Positions 55,416 through 64,000 of a stretch of DNA of 64,000 nucleotides are shown one piece after another. Every line of letters begins with the position of its first letter. The stretch's first letter is position 1. This DNA comes from Lingula anatina. Its lineage: Eukaryota > Animalia > Brachiopoda. Where the stretch lies: NCBI GenBank assembly GCA_051362555.1, contig CM120641.1, positions 62,001-126,000 on the forward strand, written 5' to 3'. The translations under genes and the position numbers were made by a program. Under the pieces are notes generated by a model. It was given only the letters and a program-made list of their open reading frames with translations, was not told the DNA's origin and did not search any database.

Positions 55416-57087
55416 GGATTTCCCATAGGGGAATACTATTGTTTTTGGTAGTATTATTAGGATTCCCCATAGGGGAATACTATTGTTTTTGGTATTATTA
55501 TTATTATAGTAATTATTCTTTCCGCGCGTTTTTTTTTTCGCAAAAAATTTGAAATAATTCTCATAGGTAGCCTATGGCAAGAATATTCTACAGAACCAGT
55601 TTCAGTGCCCTTGACCTACTTTTCAAGGTCACAGGGGCTTTTAAAGGCAAAATTTGTAAAATTTGAAATTGCCATTAGGCCTAAAGTATAAGCTGTATGC
55701 ATAAGGGCCTTATGGCCAATGATACTGTGACAAATCCACAGATAATGACTTACTTTTATGCAAGTAGGTCAAGGTCAAGGTCGCTAATGGCCAAACGTGC
55801 TCAAAAAAGGTTTGTTTCCGAGATCTCAAGAACCGGAAGGCCCAGAGCCCCAATCATAGTGGCAAATGATGCCCTATATATATATCTAAAGTTAGCCGTA
55901 CTTTAGTAGCGACTGCTTAATTACTTTTTTAAATATAGATTTTTAAATATTTATGACATTGCAGAAATCTTGAGTTTGGCAATTTCTCCATGAAACACTG
56001 GTTTTTGGTCATAGCATGCTATAGTAAACTACCCCAAACATATACCCAAAACACCCAAATCAAATGTCAAATTTGACCTTGACCCTCATTTTCAAGGTCA
56101 TTCGGCTATTTCATGGATAAATATTGAAGTGGGCTAAAAGTGATGTTTTGTTGACCACCCCCCCCCCCTCCAATTCGCACATGCTCTTTCAGAATATTGG
56201 GTCAAATTTAACCCATGACCTTCACATGACCTTGTAAGAGCATTTCCACACCTATTTTGCAGGGGAATCCTCCGCCAATGGCTTTAGCCAGTTGCAGTCT
56301 AGTTATTATTATAGTAATTATTCTTTCCGCGCGTTTTTTTTCGCAAAAAATCTGAAATAATTATCATAGGTAGCCTATGGTCAGAATATGCCACAGAACC
56401 AGTTTCAGTGACCTTGACCTACTTTTCAAGGTCACAGGGGCTTTTAAAGGCAAAAATTGTAAAATTTGAAATTGCCATTAGGCCTAAAGTATAAGCCATA
56501 TCGCTAAGAGCCCTATTATGGCCAGTGATACTGAGGTAAATCCACAGATAATGACCTACTTTTATGCAAGTAGGTCAAGGTCAAGGTCGCTAATGGGCAA
56601 ACGGGCTCAAAAAAGGTTTGTTTCCGAGATCTCAAGAACCGGAAGGCCCAGAGCCCCAATCATAGTGGCAAATGATGCCCTATATATATATCTAAAGTTA
56701 GCCGTACTTTAGTAGCGACTGCTTAATTACTTTTTTTAATATAGATTTTTAAATATTTATGACATTGCAGAAATCTTGAGTTTGGCAATTTCTCCATGAA
56801 ACACTGGTTTTTGGTCATAGCATGCTATAGTAAACTACCCCAAACATATACCCAAAACCCCCCAATCAAATGTCAAATTTGACCTTGACCCTCATTTTCA
56901 AGGTCATTTGGCTATTTCATGGAGAATTATTGACGTGGGCTAAAAGTGATGTTTTGTTGACCCCCCCCCCCCCAATTGTCCCCTCCTCAAATTTATCCCG
57001 TGACTTTCACATGACCTTGTAAGAGCATTTCCACGCCTATTTTGCAGGGGAATCCTCCGCCACTGGCTTTAGCCAGTTGCAGTCTAG
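55416..57087 (+). mobile_element. Helentron/HINE-like non-autonomous element, head-to-tail dimer in STING copy 1 intron
   Basis: Absent from the copy 2 intron (empty site gtaatta^tttgttggg); subterminal IRs aggattcccc/ggggaatcct; 3' hairpin ctggct-tt-agccag then CTAG at 56299 and 57084; two units of about 790 bp. Confidence 0.85.
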
Positions 57088-57212
57088 TTATTTGTTGGGC
57101 CCCTGTTTATCATTATTATTCAGTTGAAATGATTTCACTGTAAAGTGGCGAATTATATTCTAATTATACTTTATAATCAAGGCACTTTTAACCACAGTCA
57201 TATTATTTCCAG

Positions 57213-57283
57213 ATGCCCCTAATTCGGCGACATCGCTCTCCCAGCTGCTATTACAGGCTATACAGAGGGAATTGGAAAACTAA
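57213..57283 (+). CDS. STING1: STING-like copy 1, terminal coding exon
   Basis: atttccag|AT; DAPNSATSLSQLLLQAIQRELEN* resembles the last STING helix (SLSQEVLRHL); spliced CDS is 588 nt = 195 aa; AATAAA at 57668. Confidence 0.85.
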
Positions 57284-58142
57284 GCAGACTAAAACATCGA
57301 CATCTGAGGTGCTGATATTTGAGAAATCTGTGCTCAAGATTTGACACCTTTACAACATATATCATTTACATCAAGTTTTATTGATATATGTTGAAATATA
57401 TTGACACTTGTGTTACTATAGTAAGTAGGCCAGTAAGGGAATGGAAATTAATTTAAGTGATTTTTTTAATTAAGTTGATTATGTCAAAATGACAGTCTCG
57501 GTATGAAAAATTATGGTTGAGATCAACTAGGACATTTACATTGAAGTTCTTTTCTTCAAATAATGATTTATCAGTTTTTCTACCTAAAGCCACACTTTTT
57601 TATTTTTATGGATGACATCCTCTGGGTACCCCAAAATCGGTGCGAGAGGGCGAAAAAAAAACAGTCCAATAAAAAAAACTGCATAAGTAAAGGAATGCTG
57701 TCAGTACACAGCTGGAAACACAAATTTTACCACAGAAACACGAATTAAACTAACAATATATCTTTATCCATGCTCTCAAAATATTAAAGCATTGCGAATA
57801 CTTCGTAGAAATGTATTTAAAGTCACAAATAGATATACTTCATATTACCAAATCTATTCAAGGTTATTTCATGCATTTTGTTGGTAAAGCAATTAATAAA
57901 ACAAATATCAAACAAACAGTGTGTCTTTATTTGTATTCTCATAATATTAAAGCACTTTGAACACTTCACAGAAATGTTTTAAAAATTATGCAAAGATATG
58001 CTTAATACTACCAAATCTATTAAAGGTCATTTCGGACGATGCCATTTTGTCTATTTCGACTCACACGCAGCAGCCAAACTGTCAGGTGGCCTGTCCGACC
58101 TTCAGCCCACCACCCTTGTCGACCCTTTTTTCGCTACAGAAA

Positions 58143-58972
58143 ACTTCGCTTATGGCGAGCGGGCGCAAGCATGGCGATTCCTCGCTATCCCATATCTCGA
58201 AAGGCTCGCAAATCGCGACCGTGCGCTAATAGCGAAATCACCATTAGTTTCTAGGCTATTATTTGCGTATTATTATTATTTGGCCTCTGCGTATGCATAA
58301 TTCGTCATTTTAATGTGTCTTTCATGTAATTAAACATGGCGGCAAGTTTGGGTTGCTAGTCACACAAGTAATAGCATATAACAAAACATATAGATTGAAT
58401 CACTCGGTGCCTCTGATAGAAAAACTTGCGGTAAATATTCACGTGAAGAATGCTAAAGTTATATTTTATTATGCATAAAAATTTCAAAATTTAAAGTTTC
58501 ATGCATCATTTTATATTTTCTGATGAATATAATTCATCTGTGTTGCCTGTTGATAATAATCATACACAAAATGAAAAAGCAGAAACAAAGCATTCGGTCG
58601 CACCGTGACCTTCCTCAATGTCTATTATTGTGAGACTGAACACTTCCCACCAATGTGTCAGTAATTGTGTCAGTCCAAGCTTCGCTTGTTTTTTGACATT
58701 TTATTGGTATCAAACACTTCAAATATCAGTATTTGTAATTATGATATTCCTATAAATAAATACAACTTCTTGATTAGCGTCATGGTGAAAAAAATACATT
58801 TTGTGTAATTGTATTATGACGTCTTCACTTTATGCGGCAATCGAATTTTAGTAGAGTTTGAGGTTATAATTGCGTTGCGTTTGCTAAGGCTTCAAGATAA
58901 CAGGTGGGTGCAATCGCACTCGCAAATAGCGAGTAATCGCCATCCTCGTGCCCGCTCGCAACATAGCGAAGC
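58143..58972. mobile_element. Putative MITE with about 50-bp imperfect inverted repeats
   Basis: cttcgcttatggcgagcgggcgcaagcatggcgattcctcgctat is an imperfect reverse complement of atagcgagtaatcgccatcctcgtgcccgctcgcaacatagcgaag; no TSD identified. Confidence 0.55.
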
Positions 58973-59857
58973 TTACGAGATATGGGGCCCAGATAACCTA
59001 TATTTCAGCAGGTGCTGACACTCCTGTCCTCCGCCCTGATATCTTATCACTCCCTGTCCTGAGCCTCGTCACTTATGATATATTACCACGCTCTGTCCTG
59101 AGCCTCGTCACTGGCCAGCAATATTGATAAAGTGTAATCTAGGCGACATGATCAAGTGAAAAGTAGGCATGCGTGTCCATTAGTCTAAAGCCAGTATAAT
59201 ACTATCTTACAAGATTTACCATTATTATACGGATATATTCACCTTGTTTAAATAGCTAATAGAAAAAGTTTTTTTAATTAAGTTTTTCTATAACTTCTTA
59301 AACATCCATTTATAACTGCTTCATTTACTCTTCATATGTAAACATATATCGAACAGGATTTTTTTTTTTTCAAATAAAAAGTGAGATTCCATTACAGCAA
59401 AAACCATTTGAATAATAAAACTTTTTTAAAAAATATTTCTACAACGTCCATTTATACTTGCTTTACCCATATATCAAAGAGAATAAAAATACCTCAAATG
59501 AAAATCCTGAAATTTCTGTACCAAAATAACGTTTGCTCTCTAAATATATTTTTTAACAGAACAAAGTTTCCCAAACGGATTTATCACTTTCAATTACTTA
59601 AATTACGGCCTTTTCGTAAAATAGAATTAATCTTATCGAAATTACGATATACTTAGCACAATAACAAATTTCCCAAGAGGAATTTTAAGTAAAAAGTTAC
59701 TGAATTTCTTTTGAAATTGTGGTTTACGGGAATATTTAATGTCGCTGTGGAAATTTCACTTGCACACCCCTTCCGTAAAAAGTTTGCACCAAAATGCCTT
59801 CAATAATACCACGGCCATGTCTATGCCTGTCTTTTTATGTAATCAGCGTCATGCAGA

Positions 59858-60033
59858 GGGGAATTCCCTTCTGCTAAAACTAGGCCATGATTCAAATCTG
59901 GAAAACTGTAATTTGGCGATTGGTAACCGTATAAAATGGACAAAGCAAGCCATATTTCCACATTGTGAACAGGAGTACAGATAAATCCGGACGAAGAGAA
60001 CAACAAATAATACAGGCAGCTCCATTTAATAAG
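59858..60033 (+). promoter_or_regulatory. STING copy 2 promoter (kB site, TATA, Inr) and non-coding exon 1
   Basis: GGGGAATTCCC 59858-59868; TATAAAA 59930-59936; Inr A at 59960; donor at 60033; a weaker kB-like GGAAATTTCA near 59749. Confidence 0.68.
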
Positions 60034-60464
60034 GTAAGAACTTGTATTCAGGTACAGTGCCTTCCAAAAAATGACAGTTGTAATAGGGGCTTGATACTTT
60101 TACATTCCTTTTGATCTGGATAATGAGATTGTCCCTACACTGTATACATCTAAGGAGCAACATAACATGTAATATATAGCCTAAGGTGAGGGTATTGTTC
60201 GAACAAATCTTTTAACTTGATAGTTTATCCTGTTTTGTTAAAGTCACCCCTTTTCAATTCCGATTTTTTATAAGCCGTCAATCATATTTTATTATTATTA
60301 TTCTTATCATCATTATTATTATTATTATTTCTCGTGAAATGTGTCAGCGCTAAGCTGCCTTTTTTTCAATCTTTAATTTAATTTATTTCGATGGTTTATT
60401 TGTTTTTGTCCTCATATTTGAATGATTTAGAATAACTCACGATATCTATTAATTTCAGTTCACG

Positions 60465-61252
60465 ATGACCGCAGCAGCCTCCGACATAAAGAACAGTATG
60501 GGCTACGGCCTGGCCTGGTCTTATTACTACGGCTAACTGAAACTGATTTTACCCGGTAAGTGGTCTTATTACTACAGCTATCTGAAGCTGATTTTACCCG
60601 GTAAGTGGTCTTATTACTACGGCTATCTGAAGCTGATTTTACCCGGTAAGTGGTCTTATTACTACGGCTATCTGAAACTAATTTTACCCGGTAAGTGGTC
60701 TTATTACTACGGCTATCTAACTAGTAAGGTTAATATAGCAAAAAGAATCCCAGTCGCTGTTATGAATTAACAGAGAAATATTATGATTGAAGTACAAATC
60801 GTCGAAATAAATAGGTACTATTAAGGACTCGATTCAGTTAACGACAAAAATATTTAAATTATTACCCCTTTACAGGTAAGATGTGGACAGTTCCAAGAAG
60901 TCAATTTAAACAAAATTGATTTTTTAATTAGTAACTAGATATCAGATTTCTTTAAAAAATAACAAAAATATTCTTTCACCCGTCCTCAGGTCTAGCTGAC
61001 AGAGTAAAGACGTCAACTTTTTGGGACGCTAGCAACCAACGCATCGCCCCCAAACTGTTCATCCTGCTGCCCACCTCGTGTTTTGCGCACCCCACCCTCA
61101 CAGACGGGGATTCCGCGGTCCAACCCGGGGCGCACTTTGCCGAGTTCAAAAGGCCAACCGGTCAGGAAATCCGCAGAGAGTGTACAGAAATTTTGTCTAT
61201 AAAGTGACCTCGGAAGATGGGCAGGTATGTGATCATGTCTCTCTCTCTATCC

Positions 61253-61287
<35 letters not shown>

Positions 61288-61829
61288 ACTGTCTCTCTCT
61301 CTCTCTCTCTCACTTCACGGCTTGTTAAATTTACTGAAATGGAAATGAGTAGTTGTCATGAATTAAACCATTCCCTTTATCTGGTCTGCTCGTAGGATTA
61401 CTACTGTGTGGCGGAATATGCCACACCCCTTCTCACGCTGTTTGAGATGGAAGAAGACACACTGGCTGACCTGTCAAAGGAGGAAAAACTGAAACAACGG
61501 GCAATTTTCAAGTCCACCTTGTTGGATATTTTAACCAGATCTGGGGTCAAGGAATGTCAGGACGCATGCGTACTTCTTGATGTGGATGGTAAGAATAAAA
61601 AACACTTTCGTTATATATTTGTCCAGTTTGTAATTATTTGTTGGGCCCCTGTTTATCATTATTATTCAGTTGAAATGATTTCACTGTAAAGTGGCGAATT
61701 ATATTCTAATTATACTTTATAATCAAGGCACTTTTAACCACAGTCATATTATTTCCAGATGCCCCTAATTCGGCGACATCGCTCTCCCAGCTGCTATTAC
61801 AGGCTATACAGAGGGAATTGGAAAACTAA
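60465..61829 (+). pseudogene. STING1: STING-like copy 2, inactivated
   Basis: Exons 60459-60555, 60990-61224, 61396-61588, 61759-61829 are near-identical to copy 1; TAT>TAA at 60534-60536 and a +2 insertion near 61148-61151. Confidence 0.88.
60516..60720 (+). repeat. 45-bp exon-end/donor array in STING copy 2 (4 full units plus a partial)
   Basis: Same unit as 53946-54485. Confidence 0.96.
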
Positions 61830-63056
61830 GCAGACTAAAACATCGACATCTGAGGTGCTGATATTTGAGAAATCTGTGCTCAAGATTTGACACCTTTACA
61901 ACATATATCATTTACATCAAGTTTTATTGATATATGTTGAAATATATTGACACTTGTGTTACTATAGTAAGTAGGCCAGTAAGGGAATGGAAATTAATTT
62001 AAGTGATTTTTTTAATTAAGTTGATTATGTCAAAATGACAGTCTCGGTATGAAAAATTATGGTTGATATCAACTAGGACATTTACATTGAAGTTCTTTTC
62101 TTCAAATAATGATTTATCAGTTTTTCTACCTAAAGCCACACTTTTTTATTTTTATGGATGACATCCTCTGGGTACCCCAAAATCGGTGCGAGAGGGCGAA
62201 AAAAAAACAGTCCAATAAAAAAAACTGCATAAGTAAAATAATGCTGTCAGTACACAGCTGGAAACACAAATTTTACCACAGAAACACGAATTAAACTAAC
62301 AATATATCTTTATCCATGCTCTCAAAATATTAAAGCATTGCGAATACTTCGTAGAAATGTATTTAAAGTCACAAATAGATATACTTCATATTACCAAATC
62401 TATTCAAGGTTATTTCATGCATTTTGTTGGTAAAGCAATTAATAAAACAAATATCAAACAAACAGTGTGTCTTTATTTGTATTCTCAGAATATTAAAGCA
62501 CTTTGAACACTTCACAGAAATGTTTAAAAAATGATGCAAAGATATGCTTAATACTACCAAATCTATTAAAGGTCATTTCGGACGATGCCATTTTGTCTAT
62601 TTCGACTCACACGCAGCAGCCAAACTGTCAGGTGGCCTGTCCGACCTTCAGCCCACCACCCTTGTCGACCCTTTTTTCGCTACAGAAAACTTCGCTTATG
62701 GCGAGCGGGCGCAAGCATGGCGATTCCTCGCTATCCCATATCTCGAAAGGCTCGCAAATCGCGACCGTGCGCTAATAGCGAAATCACCATTAGTTTCTAG
62801 GCTATTATTTGCGTATTATCATTATTTGGCCTCTGCGTATGCATAATTCGTCATTTTAATGTGTCTTTCATGTAATTAAACATAGCGGCAAGTTTGGGTT
62901 GCCAGTCACACAAGTAATAGCATATAACAAAACATATAGATTGAATCACTCGGTGCCTCTGATAGAAAAACTTGCGGTAAATATTCACGTGAAGAATGCT
63001 AAAGTTATATTTTATTATGCATAAAAATTTCAAAATTTAAAGTTTCATGCATCATT

Positions 63057-63103
63057 ATGTACAGACACAGATGTGTCTGTACATATAGCCATCATCTGCG
63101 TCT

Positions 63104-63144
<41 letters not shown>

Positions 63145-64000
63145 GCACTTTTACCGATAACACGATAAGTGGAAAACTATTTTACCTTTTGACTTGAAAC
63201 TTGCAGAACTGATGAATATTCATAATACGCAGGTCAAGTTCGAAAATCAGCATGATCGGGTCACTTTTAGGGAATTTATGCAGTTTTTTCACTTTTTTCA
63301 GCATATATGCAGCACCGATAACACGATAAGTGGAAAACCATTTTACCTTTTGACTTGAAACTTACAGAACTGATGAATATTCATAATACACAGGTCAAGT
63401 TCGAAAATCAGCATGATCGGGTCACTTTTAGGTAATTTATGCTGTTTTTTATCTTTTTTCAGCATATATGCAGCACCGATAACACGATAAGTGGAAAACC
63501 ATTTTACCTTTTGACTTGAAACTTACAGAACTGATGAATATTCATAATACGCAGGTCAAGTTCGAAAATCAGCATGATTGGGCTGTTTTGAGGGAATTTA
63601 TGCTGTTTTTTCACTATTTTCAATATAAATGCAACACTGATAACACAATATAAGAAAAACGGATTGGCCAATTGTAATTATACTCACAGGAGTGGTCAAT
63701 CTTACTAAAACGCAGGTTGAGTTCGAAAATCAGCATAATCGGGCCATTATTTTAGAAGTTATACTGTTTTTTTCACATTTCCTCAGATTCAATTCTTAAG
63801 CATGTTAACAGTCTCATTATTTAACTAATAAGATGCCTAAAAGTGTTTGTTTGATATTTCCTGCATCTTTACAACATTGTTAGTTGATTATGTAAAAAAC
63901 ATGGTAAACTTGTTATCATGTATTGTGTAATAAAGTGTCAAAAATGGAAATAAACTCATATCATTGCAGTTTGTCAGATTCAATCATCCACTATGTTCAG
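63057..64000 (+). mobile_element. HINE/DINE-1/pearl-like element (5' part)
   Basis: Begins in a T run where homology to copy 1 stops; 5' hairpin atgtacagacaca-ga-tgtgtctgtacat, a (GTC/GCC) microsatellite, then about four 161-bp core repeats (63153, 63314, 63475, 63636); 3' end not seen. Confidence 0.8.

Larger units (their letters stand above)
53354..63056 (+). repeat. Tandem segmental duplication carrying STING (53354-58510 vs 59928-63056)
   Basis: Co-linear near-identity from cgtataaaatgg to atgcatcatt; differences are array length, the intron insertion and scattered SNPs/indels. Confidence 0.95.

Noticed and set aside
55697-56712. Duplicated small ORFs (NPQIMTYFYASRSRSRS...)
   Set aside because: They lie inside the two units of the non-autonomous element.
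57957-58300. Overlapping ORFs repeated at 62503-62846
   Set aside because: Repetition reflects the segmental duplication; no recognisable domain; overlaps a MITE end.
59739-60006. ORFs upstream of copy 2 as missing STING TM/TIR exons
   Set aside because: No hydrophobic helices or TIR motifs; the frame continuous with STING has a TAA within the TATA box.

Overview
AT-rich, intron-containing animal DNA, probably from a marine invertebrate (mollusc-like repeats; inference). Minus strand: the 5' part of a cGMP-dependent protein kinase gene (PRKG1/foraging type). It has two alternative leucine-zipper first coding exons (39274-39542 I-alpha/insect-for-like; 22599-22900 I-beta-like) and three common cNMP-domain exons (10481-10647, 5759-5872, 5012-5117); the gene runs off the left edge. 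Upstream of it is a two-coding-exon, 604-aa coiled-coil plus C-terminal death-domain gene (44011-46193). Plus strand: a tandem pair of STING genes that appear to encode only the cyclic-dinucleotide-binding domain (195 aa, no transmembrane helices, no C-terminal tail), each with a TATA/Inr-like promoter and a non-coding first exon. Copy 1 has an intact ORF, but a LINE RT fragment abuts its TATA box. Copy 2 has a perfect NF-kB motif upstream but carries a nonsense codon and a frameshift. In both copies the end of the first coding exon plus its splice donor is tandemly amplified as a 45-bp in-frame unit (12x and about 4.5x). Introns and intergenic DNA hold TIR elements, Helentron/HINE-like elements, LINE remnants and mini/microsatellites. 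All gene models are read by eye from splice signals and frame; no transcript or database evidence was available.
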